Positions 23,690 through 37,161 of a stretch of DNA of 64,000 nt are shown here, in pieces (the first letter of the stretch is position 1; each line of letters opens with the position of its first letter). The stretch is from assembly GCA_964599245.1 (NCBI GenBank), contig CAZREF010000010.1, forward strand, positions 11,130 through 75,129, written 5' to 3'. Under the pieces are notes generated by a model, which saw only the letters and a program-made list of their open reading frames with translations, was not told the origin of the DNA and made no database searches. The stretch comes from an uncultured Aeromicrobium sp. (GTDB lineage: Bacteria > Actinomycetota > Actinomycetes > Propionibacteriales > Nocardioidaceae). A program made the position numbers and the translations under genes.

Positions 23690-23719
23690 CGGACCTCCCG
23701 CCCTCCGTAGACTGCCGCG

Positions 23720-24604
23720 GTGAGCAGCACCTTCGTCCTGACGTTGTCGTGCCCGGACCGCCCCGGGCTCGTGTTCGCCGTGACCCGGTGGATCCACGAG
23801 ACGGGCGGCAACATCCTCGACTCCCAGCAGTACACGGAGCCGGAGGCGCTGCGCGGCGGCGACGCGGGCGGGGACGCGGGTGGGGAGTTCTTCCTGCGCC
23901 TGCACGTCGACTTCGGGCCCGGCCGTGACGCTCCGACCCTCGCAGCAGGGTTCGCCCCCGTCGCCCGGGAGCTGTCGATGGAGTACCGGCTCGTCGAGGC
24001 CGAGCGTCCGGCCCGCACCCTCGTGCTCGTCTCGAAGGAGGGCCACTGCCTCAACGACCTCCTGTACCGCCAGTCCAGCGGCACGCTGCCGATCGAGGTG
24101 CCCGCCGTCGTCTCCAACCACCGCGACCTCGAGCGTCTCGCGGCTGCCTACGACGTGCCGTTCCACCACCTCCCGGTCACGCGCGAGTCCAAGCCCGACG
24201 TCGAGGCGGCGGTGCTGAGGCTGGTCGAGGAGCTCGACGTCGACCTCGTGGTGCTGGCCCGCTACATGCAGATCCTCAGCGACGACCTCTGCCGCGCGCT
24301 CGCCGGCAGGGCCATCAACATCCACCACAGCTTCCTGCCCAGCTTCAAGGGCGCGAGGCCCTACCACCAGGCCCACGACCGGGGCGTGAAGCTCATCGGC
24401 GCCACGGCGCACTACGTGACGGCCGACCTCGACGAGGGCCCGATCATCGAGCAGGGCGTGCACCGGGTGGACCACCGGATGAGCCCGGCCGACCTCGCCC
24501 GCGCCGGGCGCGACGTCGAGGCACAGACCCTGTCCAGGGCGGTCCGCCTGCACGCGGAGTCGCGCGTGCTCATGAACGGACCGCGCACCGTCGTCTTCGC
24601 CTGA
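23720..24604 (+). CDS. purU: formyltetrahydrofolate deformylase
   Basis: ACT domain (CPDRPGLV), LARYMQILS, INIHHSFLPSFKGARPY. Confidence 0.95.
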   Translation: MSSTFVLTLSCPDRPGLVFAVTRWIHETGGNILDSQQYTEPEALRGGDAGGDAGGEFFLRLHVDFGPGRDAPTLAAGFAPVARELSMEYRLVEAERPARTLVLVSKEGHCLNDLLYRQSSGTLPIEVPAVVSNHRDLERLAAAYDVPFHHLPVTRESKPDVEAAVLRLVEELDVDLVVLARYMQILSDDLCRALAGRAINIHHSFLPSFKGARPYHQAHDRGVKLIGATAHYVTADLDEGPIIEQGVHRVDHRMSPADLARAGRDVEAQTLSRAVRLHAESRVLMNGPRTVVFA

Positions 24605-24613
24605 CCGCGCCGC

Positions 24614-25495
24614 TCACCACTCCCAGCGGAGCGTGAGGAGCCCCGGGCCGAAGTCGGTCTGGCGGTGGTGCAGCCCCGTGGCCCCGACCATCCTCGCCTC
24701 CCACTCGTGGGTGATGCCGGCCTCCTGGAAGCCGACCCACGTGCGTGCCGGTAGCCGAGCGGGGTGGAATCGCGCCCAGACCATGCACGACTCCAACCGC
24801 TGCTCCGCGACCGCGCCCCACTCGGCGTCGAGCGCGGCCTCGTCGGACAGCGGCACCATGACGACCTCCGTCACGACGGACTCCCCCAGGGCGAGCGGAC
24901 GGTCGAAGCGCAGCGTGGCAGCACTGATGCCGTCGACCACGTGGACGACGCCGTCGACCCTGCACCCGGAGATCGCCTGAAGGTGCGTGTCCGCCTCGCC
25001 CGGCACGTCGAACGCGGTGTCGCCCGCACCCACCCCAGGGGCGACGAACATGGTCACGCTCGCGGCGCCCTCCACCGCGGCGACGAGCACCTGGGTGACC
25101 CGGACCTGCACCACCCGTCCGCGCTCGTCGACGTCGACGACGAGGTCGAGGGCCAGGCGGTCGACGACGTCCTCCCCGACGAGGCCACGGTCCCGCCCGA
25201 CCTGGCGAGCGAGACCCACCAGCTCGTCGAACGGGGTCGGGCCCTCCCGGCCCCGGCCCCGGAGGTGGGACGACAGCGCACCGGCGTCCAGGCCGAGCAC
25301 CTCCTCGATCGCGTCGACAGCGTCGAGCGAGACCTGCCGACTGGGTTCTCGCTGGCCGGAGCGCCAGTAGGACAGGGCACCGAGCGACAGGAGGTGGCCG
25401 CGCGCCCGGAGCCGGTCGCGCAGCCAGGTAAGTCCCACCCCGCGCTCCTCGAGGGCGCCGGCGAACGCCGTCGCGAACGCGTGGCGGGGCTCCAT
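24614..25495 (-). CDS. uncharacterised protein with an N-terminal XRE-like HTH
   Basis: LSLGALSYWRSGQREP...AIEEVLGL resembles an XRE helix-turn-helix; beta-rich C-terminal domain not recognised. Confidence 0.65.
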   Translation of the reverse strand: MEPRHAFATAFAGALEERGVGLTWLRDRLRARGHLLSLGALSYWRSGQREPSRQVSLDAVDAIEEVLGLDAGALSSHLRGRGREGPTPFDELVGLARQVGRDRGLVGEDVVDRLALDLVVDVDERGRVVQVRVTQVLVAAVEGAASVTMFVAPGVGAGDTAFDVPGEADTHLQAISGCRVDGVVHVVDGISAATLRFDRPLALGESVVTEVVMVPLSDEAALDAEWGAVAEQRLESCMVWARFHPARLPARTWVGFQEAGITHEWEARMVGATGLHHRQTDFGPGLLTLRWEW

Positions 25496-25572
25496 GCGTG
25501 CATGGTGGCACGGTGCCCGCGCACGTCTTCACATCGGCCGGGTCGGATGTGAAGCGGCGCCGCCTACGCTCC

Positions 25573-25623
25573 TGCAGAGGCCGGGGTCGCCATCACCAGG
25601 GGAAGGCGACCCCGTCCTCTGCA
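25573..25623. other. long intergenic hairpin (candidate sRNA or leader structure)
   Basis: TGCAGAGGCCGGGGTCGCC / GGCGACCCCGTCCTCTGCA, 18 of 19 positions paired, 13-nt loop. Confidence 0.6.
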
Positions 25624-25774
25624 CGTCCGCGCGAGCCCACCGGCGTGCGACCCGCGTCTCATTCCTCGATCGAGTCATCCGCATCGTGAGACGTGCCGTC
25701 CCGGCGTCGCGCAGTCCCTACGGTCGACCTCGACGCACGCGCGCCCGCCGTGCGCCGGACCCGAGGACGCCACG

Positions 25775-26851
25775 ATGACGACCAGCCCCCGCCGCCCTTC
25801 CGTGACCGCGCTCGTCGCGGCCGCCGCCCTGGTGCTGGCCGGGTGCGGCTCCGGCGGGAGCGACGCGCGCACGATCAGGATCGTCGGCTTCGCCGTGCCC
25901 GAGGCCGCCAACACGGCGATCGCCGAGAAGTTCGAGCAGACGCCCGAGGGCGAGGGCGTGCGGTTCACGACGTCCTACGGCCCCTCGGGCGACCAGAGCA
26001 GGGCCGTCGTGAACGGCCTGAAGGCCGACTACGTCCACCTGAGCGTCGCCACGGACGTGGACCGCTTGGTGGACGCTGGCCTCGTCGACGACACCTGGGA
26101 CGACGGGCCCAACCGGGGCATCGTCTCCACGTCGGTCGTGGTGCTCGGCGTGCGCGACGGCAACCCGAAGAACATCCGCTCGTGGGCCGACCTGACGAGG
26201 CCCGGCGTGGAGATCGTCACCGCCAACCCCGCGTCGTCCGGCGCCGCCCGCTGGAACGCGCTCGCCGCCTGGGGCAGCGTGACGAGCGCGGGCGGCAGCG
26301 AGGCCGAGGCCACGGAGTACGTCGACAAGCTGTTCGAGAACGTCGTGTCGCTGACCAACAGCGGCCGCGACGCCACCCAGAGCTTCCTCGGCGGCACCGG
26401 CGACGTGCTCCTCGCCTACGAGAACGAGGCGATCCTCGCCGCCCAGAACGGACAGGGCTTCGACTACGTCGTCCCCGACACGACTGTCCTCATCGAGAAC
26501 CCGGGCGCGATCCTGACGAAGCACAGCCCGGCCGCCGAGGCCTGGCTCAGGTTCGTCCTCGGCGAGACCGGCCAGCGCGAGCTCGCGCTCAAGGGCTTTC
26601 GACCACTCGACCTCGAGCAGCCCGGCGTCGCCGACCTCGACGCCGTGGGCCTGAAGGGGTCCGACATCAAGGGGGCACCCGACTCCTCGGACCCGTTCCC
26701 GACGGTGAAGAACCTGCTGACGCTGACCGACGACTTCGGTGGGCCCGGCTGGGGCGGCGTCAAGGACAAGCTCTTCGGCGACGGCAAGGACGGCGCGCCG
26801 GTCGGCATCGTCACCGAGGCGATCGCCAAGTCCGGCAAGGCCGCGCAGTAG
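25775..26851 (+). CDS. sbp: sulfate ABC transporter substrate-binding lipoprotein
   Basis: lipobox LAGC; SYGPSGDQSRAV, NPASSGAARWN, GDVLLAYENEA. Confidence 0.9.
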   Translation: MTTSPRRPSVTALVAAAALVLAGCGSGGSDARTIRIVGFAVPEAANTAIAEKFEQTPEGEGVRFTTSYGPSGDQSRAVVNGLKADYVHLSVATDVDRLVDAGLVDDTWDDGPNRGIVSTSVVVLGVRDGNPKNIRSWADLTRPGVEIVTANPASSGAARWNALAAWGSVTSAGGSEAEATEYVDKLFENVVSLTNSGRDATQSFLGGTGDVLLAYENEAILAAQNGQGFDYVVPDTTVLIENPGAILTKHSPAAEAWLRFVLGETGQRELALKGFRPLDLEQPGVADLDAVGLKGSDIKGAPDSSDPFPTVKNLLTLTDDFGGPGWGGVKDKLFGDGKDGAPVGIVTEAIAKSGKAAQ

Positions 26852-26894
26852 CGGTCGACCACCCTTCGACGACGAGAGGCGCTGACGCCACCGC

Positions 26895-27767
26895 ATGACC
26901 AGCACCCTTCCCCCGGGCACCGCGCCCGAGGGCACCCCCCGCCAGGGCCGGCCGGAGCGACTCCGACCGGCCCTGCCGGGCACCCTCACCCGGACGTCCG
27001 GCCTCGGGCTCGGCATCGCGATGCTCTGGTTCAGCCTGCTCGTCCTGATCCCGCTGTGCGCCGTCGTCGTGACCGCCTCGGAGGGAGGGTGGGCGAACTT
27101 CTGGCGGGCGATCACCAACGAGCAGACGCGCGCGGCGATCGCCCTCACCCTCCAGGCCGCCGTCGCCGTCACGCTCGTCAACGTCGTGGTCGGCACGATG
27201 ATCGCCTGGGTGCTCGTCCGGGACCGCTTCTGGGGCAAGGGGGTCCTCGAGGTGGTCATCGACGTGCCGTTCGCGCTGCCCACCATCGTGGCCGGACTCG
27301 TGCTGCTGTCGCTCTACGGGAAGGACGACAGCCCGCTCGGCATCGACGTCGCCAACTCGGGGGCCTCGGTCTACCTCGCGTTCCTGTTCGTCACGCTGCC
27401 GTTCGTCGTGCGCATGGTCCAGCCCGTGCTCGAGGAGCTGGACCCGGAGGTCGAGGAGGCTGCGGCGTCGCTCGGGGCGAGCCGCCTCACGACCTTCCGA
27501 CGCGTGGTGCTGCCCGCCCTCACGCCGGCGATCGCGGCCGGGGCCGCCCTCTCCTTCGCCCGTGGGGTCGGCGAGTACGGATCCCTCGTGCTGCTGTCGG
27601 GCAACCTGCCCTTCACCTCCGAGGTGGCCTCGGTCCGCATCCTCGGCGCCGTCGAGAGCGACAACCCGGCCGCGGCCGCCTCGGTCGCGACGCTGCTGCT
27701 CGTCGTCTCGCTGCTGACGATCGTCGCACTCGACGTGCTCCAGAGAAGGGTCGGCGACCGTGGCTGA
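26895..27767 (+). CDS. cysT: sulfate ABC transporter permease
   Basis: DVPFALPTIVAG, EEAAASLGAS, FARGVGEYGS. Confidence 0.92.
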   Translation: MTSTLPPGTAPEGTPRQGRPERLRPALPGTLTRTSGLGLGIAMLWFSLLVLIPLCAVVVTASEGGWANFWRAITNEQTRAAIALTLQAAVAVTLVNVVVGTMIAWVLVRDRFWGKGVLEVVIDVPFALPTIVAGLVLLSLYGKDDSPLGIDVANSGASVYLAFLFVTLPFVVRMVQPVLEELDPEVEEAAASLGASRLTTFRRVVLPALTPAIAAGAALSFARGVGEYGSLVLLSGNLPFTSEVASVRILGAVESDNPAAAASVATLLLVVSLLTIVALDVLQRRVGDRG

Positions 27768-28590
27768 CTCCCGCACCACGCGGTACCCGAGGGGGCCCGT
27801 CACCTACCTGCTGCGCGTCGTCGTCGTCGCCTACCTCGTGCTGCTCGTCGCCTGGCCGCTGCTGCTCGTCGTGACGAACACCTTCTCCGACGGCCTCTCC
27901 TCCCTCCGGGGGCTGTTCGAGGACCCGGACATGGTGGCGGCCCTTCGGGTCACGGCCCTCGCTGCGCTCTGCGCGACGGCCCTGAACCTCGTGTTCGGCG
28001 TCGGCATCTCGCTCCTGCTGGTGCGCAGCGAGTTCCCCGGCAAGCGGCTCCTGAGCGCCCTGCTCGACCTGCCGCTGTCGGTCTCCCCCATCGTCGTGGG
28101 GCTCGCGCTCGTGCTGGTCTACGGCGGCCGCGGCGGCTGGTTCGGCCCCACCCTCGAGGGCTGGGGACTCCAGGTGATCTTCTCGACGCCCGGCATCGTC
28201 ATGGCCACGGCGTTCGTGTCCCTCCCCCTCGTGATCCGCGAGGTCGTGCCGACCCTGCGCGAGATCGGCACCGAGCAGGAGCAGGCCGCCCGCAGCCTCG
28301 GCGCGAACGCCTGGCAGACCTTCTGGCGGATCACGCTGCCCGGCATCCGCTGGGCCGTCGTCTACGGGGTGGTGCTCACGCTCGCCCGCTCCCTCGGCGA
28401 GTTCGGCGCCGTCAAGGTCGTCTCCGGCAACATCCTCGGCGAGACGCGCACCGCGACCCTGGCGGTCGAGGAGAAGTACCTCAACTTCGACGCCGAGGGC
28501 GCCTACGCGATCGCCTTCCTGCTCGCCAGCGTGTCGATCGTCTGCATCGTCGTCGTCCAGGTGCTGCGCGCACGCGCGGCACGCCACTAG
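27760..28590 (+). CDS. cysW: sulfate ABC transporter permease
   Basis: [37 protein letters not shown]. Confidence 0.92.
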   Translation: MADSRTTRYPRGPVTYLLRVVVVAYLVLLVAWPLLLVVTNTFSDGLSSLRGLFEDPDMVAALRVTALAALCATALNLVFGVGISLLLVRSEFPGKRLLSALLDLPLSVSPIVVGLALVLVYGGRGGWFGPTLEGWGLQVIFSTPGIVMATAFVSLPLVIREVVPTLREIGTEQEQAARSLGANAWQTFWRITLPGIRWAVVYGVVLTLARSLGEFGAVKVVSGNILGETRTATLAVEEKYLNFDAEGAYAIAFLLASVSIVCIVVVQVLRARAARH

Positions 28591-28600
28591 GAGGTCCCCC

Positions 28601-29557
<957 letters not shown>

Positions 29558-29581
29558 TCGTGCCCGGGCAGGTGCCGCGGC

Positions 29582-30811
29582 TCAGCCGGCCCGAGGAGTC
29601 CGGCGCCGCTGCGTCATCAGGCCCGTGACGAAGATCAGGAGGCCTGCGACCGCGAGGCCCGCACCGACGAGGCTCGGGGCGCGGTAGCCGTACCCGGCGG
29701 CGATGACCACGCCGCCCAGCCAGGCACCGAGCCCGTTGGCGACGTTGAGGGCCGAGTGGTTGAGCGCGGCACCGAGCATCTGCGCCTCGCCGGCGGCGTC
29801 CATGAGCCGGATCTGCAGGCCGATCGCGACGAGGCTGCCCAGCGCCCCGATGGCGACGATGCCGAGCGCGGCCGGCAGCACGAGACCCGCGGTCTGGTGG
29901 AACACCACCAGGACGGCCACGGTCGCGACGAACCCGCCGATGACCAGGCGTGGCACGTCCCAGTCGGCGAGCGGGCCGGCCAGCCACGAGCCGAGGACCG
30001 AGCCGATGCCGAAGGCCAGCAGGAACCACGGGATGGTCGCGTCGGACAGCCCGGTGACGTCGGTGACGATCGGAGCGACGTAGCTGTACATGGCGAAGAG
30101 TCCGCCGAAGCCGACCATGCCGGCCGTCACCGCGAAGAGCACCTGCGGCTGCCTCAACGCCGACAGCTCGCCGCGGACGCTCGCGGTGCGGTCGGCCGCC
30201 TGGTGCGGCACGAACGCGAGCATCATGAGGGCCGCCAGCACGGCGAGGACGACCACCGCCCAGTAGGCGGCGCGCCACCCCAGCTGCTGGCCGAGCCACG
30301 TCGCCGCGGGGACGCCGGCGACCGTCGCGACCGACAGGCCGAGCATGACCCGGCTGACGGCCCGCCCGCGGCGGTGCGGCGCCACCAGGGAGGCCGCCAG
30401 CAGCGACGCGACACCGAAGTAGGCCCCATGCGGCAGGCCCGCCAGGAACCGGGCGGCGAGCACGGGCACGTAGCCGCTCGCCATGGCCGTGACGGCGTTG
30501 CCGAGGCCGAGGGCGAGGATGAGCCCGACCGCGAGCTCGCGCCGAGGGAGTCGCGCCCCGAGCGCGACGATCACGGGGGCGCCCACGACGACGCCGAAGG
30601 CGTACGCCGTGATGACGTGACCGGTGGTGGGGATCGACTCGTCGATGCCGACGGCGATCTCCTTCAGCAGCCCCATCGTCACGAACTCGGTCGTGCCGAT
30701 CGCGAAGCCGCCGAGGGCGAGGGCGAGGATCGCGAGGCCCACGTGCGGAGCGCGCGTGGTCGCGGGCGGGGCGGGCGCGAGGTCGACGGAGGAGGTCACG
30801 TAGGGAGCCAA
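29582..30811 (-). CDS. MFS transporter (DHA1/AraJ-like)
   Basis: [28 protein letters not shown]; start uncertain (TTG 30811 or GTG 30799). Confidence 0.9.
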   Translation of the reverse strand: MAPYVTSSVDLAPAPPATTRAPHVGLAILALALGGFAIGTTEFVTMGLLKEIAVGIDESIPTTGHVITAYAFGVVVGAPVIVALGARLPRRELAVGLILALGLGNAVTAMASGYVPVLAARFLAGLPHGAYFGVASLLAASLVAPHRRGRAVSRVMLGLSVATVAGVPAATWLGQQLGWRAAYWAVVVLAVLAALMMLAFVPHQAADRTASVRGELSALRQPQVLFAVTAGMVGFGGLFAMYSYVAPIVTDVTGLSDATIPWFLLAFGIGSVLGSWLAGPLADWDVPRLVIGGFVATVAVLVVFHQTAGLVLPAALGIVAIGALGSLVAIGLQIRLMDAAGEAQMLGAALNHSALNVANGLGAWLGGVVIAAGYGYRAPSLVGAGLAVAGLLIFVTGLMTQRRRTPRAG

Positions 30812-30918
30812 GCACCCCGCGTCGGCGTGTTGTTCCCACTGTGGGCGACGTCATGCGGGCCCGGTACGCGCACGACGCCCCCGCGACCGTGTGGGCGCGG
30901 GGGCGTCGAGGGGCGGCG

Positions 30919-33135
<2,217 letters not shown>

Positions 33136-33164
33136 CGCGGGCCGCTCCTCAGGGTCGCCGAAAG

Positions 33165-33182
33165 TCTCTCGACCTCAAGATA
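33165..33182. promoter_or_regulatory. TamR/UrtR-like palindromic operator
   Basis: TATCTTGAGGTCGAGAGA on the minus strand, a near-palindrome about 30 nt upstream of icd. Confidence 0.65.
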
Positions 33183-33330
33183 CTTGGTGCGCGCCGCGTG
33201 TCCACCTCCCCCCGTCGCCGGCCCACGCGGTGCGCAGGGCCGTCCCCCTGCGTTACGTTCGTCACAGATCCTGCGCCGCCCGTCGCGGGTGCACTCCCAC
33301 CAGACCTCCCGTACGAAGGAGCCCATCGAC

Positions 33331-34317
33331 GTGACCACTCCCGTCAAGGTCGCCGTCACCGGCGCCGCCGGCCAGATCGGCTACAGCCTGCTCTTCCGGA
33401 TCGCCTCCGGCGCACTGCTCGGCCCCGACACCCCCGTCCAGCTGCGGCTGCTCGAGATCACGCCCGCGCTCAAGGCGCTCGAGGGCGTCGTGATGGAGCT
33501 CGACGACTGCGCCTTCACCACGCTCGACTCCGTCGAGATCGGCGACGACCCGAACGTCGTGTTCGACGGCGTCAACCTGGCCCTGCTCGTGGGCGCCCGC
33601 CCCCGCACCAAGGGCATGGAGCGCGGCGACCTGCTCGAGGCCAACGGCGCGATCTTCACCGCCCAGGGCAAGGCGCTCAACGAGGTCGCTGCCGACGACG
33701 TCCGCATCGGCGTCACCGGCAACCCCGCCAACACCAACGCGCTCATCGCGCTCAGCAACGCACCGGACATCCCGGCCGAGCGGTTCAGCGCCCTCACGCG
33801 ACTCGACCACAACCGCGCCATCAGCCAGCTCGCCGCGAGGACGGGCAGCGCCGTCGCCGACGTGAAGCACATGACCATCTGGGGCAACCACTCCGCCACC
33901 CAGTACCCCGACCTCTTCCACGCCGAGGTCGGTGGACGCAACGCCGCCGAGGTCGTCGACGACCAGGACTGGATCGAGAACACCTTCATCCCGACCGTCG
34001 CCAAGCGCGGCGCGGCCATCATCGAGGCCCGGGGCGCCTCCTCGGCCGCCAGCGCCGCGTCCGCCACCATCGACGCGGCCCGCGACTGGCTGCACGGGTC
34101 CGCCGAGGGCGACTGGGTCTCGATGGCCGTGCCGTCCGACGGCTCCTACGGCATCCCCGAGGGCATCGTGTACTCCTACCCCGTCACCACCAGCGGCGGC
34201 GACTGGAGCATCGTCCAGGGGCTCGAGATCGACGACTTCAGCCGCGCCCGCATGGACGCGACGGCCGCCGAGCTGCTCGAGGAGCGCGACGCCGTCAAGG
34301 AGCTCGGCCTCATCTGA
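33331..34317 (+). CDS. mdh: malate dehydrogenase
   Basis: [42 protein letters not shown]. Confidence 0.96.
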   Translation: MTTPVKVAVTGAAGQIGYSLLFRIASGALLGPDTPVQLRLLEITPALKALEGVVMELDDCAFTTLDSVEIGDDPNVVFDGVNLALLVGARPRTKGMERGDLLEANGAIFTAQGKALNEVAADDVRIGVTGNPANTNALIALSNAPDIPAERFSALTRLDHNRAISQLAARTGSAVADVKHMTIWGNHSATQYPDLFHAEVGGRNAAEVVDDQDWIENTFIPTVAKRGAAIIEARGASSAASAASATIDAARDWLHGSAEGDWVSMAVPSDGSYGIPEGIVYSYPVTTSGGDWSIVQGLEIDDFSRARMDATAAELLEERDAVKELGLI

Positions 34318-34335
34318 GCCGGCAGCACGCCGCGA

Positions 34336-34371
34336 CGACGCCCCCGACCCGGGTCCGGGTCGGGGGCGTCG
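34336..34371. terminator. hairpin terminator after mdh
   Basis: CGACGCCCCCGACCCGG / CCGGGTCGGGGGCGTCG perfect inverted repeat. Confidence 0.75.
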
Positions 34372-34473
34372 ACGTGTCGGAGGCTCCGCGTCGAGCCGCT
34401 CGGAGTGATCTCGATACGGCGGGACCAGGCTCGTTCCTCGCCGGTCCCGCCTACTCGATCAGCGGGAGGGGCC

Positions 34474-34535
34474 GCCGGCGGGCCGTACCGTGCCTCAGGC
34501 CGGCGGGCCGTACCGTGCCTCAGGCCGGCGGGCCG
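34474..34535. repeat. 25-bp tandem repeat (2.5 copies) spanning the DUF3017-like gene stop
   Basis: GCCGGCGGGCCGTACCGTGCCTCAG twice, plus GCCGGCGGGCCG. Confidence 0.85.
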
Positions 34536-34804
34536 GGCGGCACGAGGAGCGCCAGCAGGCTGAGGCTCGCGCCCAGCACGGTCATCCACACGATGTCGAA
34601 CGTGCGACCCCGGACGCGGAGCATGCCCACGTGGTCCGGCGGGACCAGCACCCGCGCGACCGCCCCCACCACGAACGACACGCCGACCACCATGAGCCCG
34701 GCGCGCCACGGGCCGAACGCCACGAGCCCCAGACCGACGGCCACGCCCACCAGGAGCAGCAGGTAGATCTGGGAGCCGCGGCTGCGGGGCATCGGGACGT
34801 TCAC
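34520..34804 (-). CDS. small membrane protein (DUF3017-like)
   Basis: three TM segments and GMLRVRGRTFD; usual position downstream of folD; start approximate. Confidence 0.75.
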   Translation of the reverse strand: MNVPMPRSRGSQIYLLLLVGVAVGLGLVAFGPWRAGLMVVGVSFVVGAVARVLVPPDHVGMLRVRGRTFDIVWMTVLGASLSLLALLVPPGPPA

Positions 34805-34811
34805 GGTCGGC

Positions 34812-35687
34812 TCACGCGAGGCCGGCACCCGGCGCTACGACCAGCTTCTCGGCCTCGTCGACGACGTTGCTGAGCAGCATCGCGCGCGTCATCGGGCCGA
34901 CGCCGCCAGGGTTCGGGGCGACCCAGCCGGCGACGTCGTGGACACCTGGGTGGAGGTCGCCGACGATCTTGCCCTGCTCGTCCCGGCTCACGCCGACGTC
35001 GAGCAGTGCGGCGCCCGGCTTGACCATGTCGGGCGTGATGATGCCGGGCACCCCGGCGGCCGCGACGACGATGTCCGCGCGTCGCACCTCCGCGGCGAGG
35101 TCGCGGGTACCCGTGTGGCACAGCGTCACGGTCGCGTTCTCGGAGCGCCGGGTGAGCAGCAGGCCCATCGGACGGCCCACCGTGATGCCACGCCCCACCA
35201 CGACGACGTGCGCCCCGGCGATCTCGACGTCGTGGCGCCGCAGCAGCTCGACGATCCCGCGCGGCGTGCACGGGAGCGGGGCCGGCTCGCCCAGCACCAG
35301 CCAGCCGAGGTTGGTCGGGTGCAGGCCGTCGGCGTCCTTGGCCGGGTCGATCCGCCCGATCACCGCGTTCTCGTCGATGCCGCGCGGGAGCGGCAGCTGC
35401 ACGATGTAGAGCGTGCAGGCCGGGTCGGCGTTGAGCCGGTCGACCGCCGCCTCCACCTCGGCCTGCGTCGCGGTCGCCGGGAGGTCGACGCGGATCGACT
35501 CGATGCCGATCTCTGCGCAGTCGCGGTGCTTGGCGTCCACGTACCACCGGCTGCCGGGATCGTCGCCGACGAGGATCGTGCCGAGCCCGGGCACGAGGCC
35601 CTGCTCGCGCAACGCGGAGACCCGCGTCGTGAGCTCGGTCTTGATGGCCGCGGCCACCGCCTTGCCGTCGAGGATCTGCGCCGTCAC
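34812..35687 (-). CDS. folD: methylenetetrahydrofolate dehydrogenase/cyclohydrolase
   Basis: [39 protein letters not shown]. Confidence 0.96.
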   Translation of the reverse strand: MTAQILDGKAVAAAIKTELTTRVSALREQGLVPGLGTILVGDDPGSRWYVDAKHRDCAEIGIESIRVDLPATATQAEVEAAVDRLNADPACTLYIVQLPLPRGIDENAVIGRIDPAKDADGLHPTNLGWLVLGEPAPLPCTPRGIVELLRRHDVEIAGAHVVVVGRGITVGRPMGLLLTRRSENATVTLCHTGTRDLAAEVRRADIVVAAAGVPGIITPDMVKPGAALLDVGVSRDEQGKIVGDLHPGVHDVAGWVAPNPGGVGPMTRAMLLSNVVDEAEKLVVAPGAGLA

Positions 35688-35809
35688 GTCGCCGAGTCTG
35701 TCACGCAGGGGGGCGCGCGCGGTACGTGCCCCGAGCTGTGCCGCAGCCCTACACTCGGTCCCGGGAGGCGTCCGCGGTCGTCGTGGGCGTGCCGGGAGAG
35801 AGGGACACC

Positions 35810-36463
35810 ATGACCACGCGGGCCCAGCTGTCGCAGGAGCGCAGCCGACTGCGCCGCGAGGAGCTCCTCGCCGCGGCCATCGAGCTCTTCGCCGAGGGAG
35901 GATCGCGCGCGGTCACCCACCGTGCGGTCGCGCGACGTGCAGGGCTCCCGCCGGCGACCACCACCTACTACTTCGCCTCGATCGAGGAGCTGCTGCGCGA
36001 GGCGCTGCGCGACCACATCGGCCGCTGGCGCTCGGCCATCGAGGCGCTCGCCGGCATCGACTCGAACCCGACCACGATGTCGGTCGCCGACGTCACCCCG
36101 ACGATCGCCGCGGTCTTCGCCGCCCGCGGCCCCGAGGTCGCGGCCCTCGAGCTCTCGATCTACCTCGCCGCCACGCGCGACGACGCCCTGCGCGGCGAGG
36201 CGGCGGACGCCATCCGCGGCTTCGAGGACCTCACCGCCCGCTGGCTCACGATCCTCGGCGTGCCAGCACCCGAGCGGCTCGCCGGGGCCCTGCTCACCAC
36301 GGTGGCCGGCACGGCCCTGCGCCGCCAGTGCGGGCTCTACGACGAGGACGAGGAGGCCACGCGGATGAGCGAGGCCATCCGCGACCTCGTCGGCGCCCAC
36401 CTCGTCGGACGTGAGGAGATCGACCGCCGTCTCGGCGACGACACCGGCACCTCACTACACTGA
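35810..36463 (+). CDS. TetR family transcriptional regulator
   Basis: [31 protein letters not shown]. Confidence 0.9.
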   Translation: MTTRAQLSQERSRLRREELLAAAIELFAEGGSRAVTHRAVARRAGLPPATTTYYFASIEELLREALRDHIGRWRSAIEALAGIDSNPTTMSVADVTPTIAAVFAARGPEVAALELSIYLAATRDDALRGEAADAIRGFEDLTARWLTILGVPAPERLAGALLTTVAGTALRRQCGLYDEDEEATRMSEAIRDLVGAHLVGREEIDRRLGDDTGTSLH

Positions 36464-36505
36464 GCGGGACCCGGGGGCACCGGACGGACGAGGACAGGGC
36501 ATCGC

Positions 36506-37114
36506 ATGAACGAGGCTCCCGCTGGCGGACGCGCACGACTGACCCAGGAACGCAGTCGCCTGCGGCGCGAGCAGCTCGTGGCCGCTGCCGCCCGGCTCTT
36601 CTCCGAGGGCGGCACGAAGGCCATCACCCACCGTTCCGTGAGCGAGACCGCCGACGTCCCCCTGGCCACGGTCTCCTACTACTTCGCCTCGATCGACCAG
36701 CTCATCGACGTCATGTTCGCGCAGAGCCTGAGCAGCTGGTCTGACGCGAAGGTCGGGCTGCCGGAGACGGACGCCGTCACCCCGGACGTCGTCGCCGACG
36801 TCTTCCGCCGCTCCATCGTCGACACGTCGGCGGCCCGGTACACGGGCGAGCTGCAGGTGTACCTCGCGGCGCTCTCCCGGCCGGAGCTCATCGACGACGT
36901 GCGGGCGATGCAGGGTTCCATCGTGACCGCAGCGATCGACCTCGTGCGCTCCGCCGGTGTCGCCCGGCCGGAGCCGGTCGCCTCGGCCATCCTCATGATG
37001 GTCACCGGAGCCCTGGTGTCCATCACCTCGCCGGACACCGACCCCCAGCGGGTCGGCGACATCGTCCGCGCGCAGGTCGTCCGCATCGTCGAGGACGCCC
37101 TCGCCACGGACTGA
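36506..37114 (+). CDS. TetR family transcriptional regulator (paralog of the upstream gene)
   Basis: AITHRSVSETADVPLATVSYYFASIDQL HTH. Confidence 0.9.
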   Translation: MNEAPAGGRARLTQERSRLRREQLVAAAARLFSEGGTKAITHRSVSETADVPLATVSYYFASIDQLIDVMFAQSLSSWSDAKVGLPETDAVTPDVVADVFRRSIVDTSAARYTGELQVYLAALSRPELIDDVRAMQGSIVTAAIDLVRSAGVARPEPVASAILMMVTGALVSITSPDTDPQRVGDIVRAQVVRIVEDALATD

Positions 37115-37161
37115 TCGGCCCAGTGCTCCCGGGTCGGTGCTGACGGCCCAGTGCTTCCGGC

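Noticed and set aside
25500..25774. SAM-IV or other SAM riboswitch ahead of the sulfate operon
   Set aside because: I could not find the conserved core (e.g. GGCAACC) by eye. An Infernal search would be decisive.
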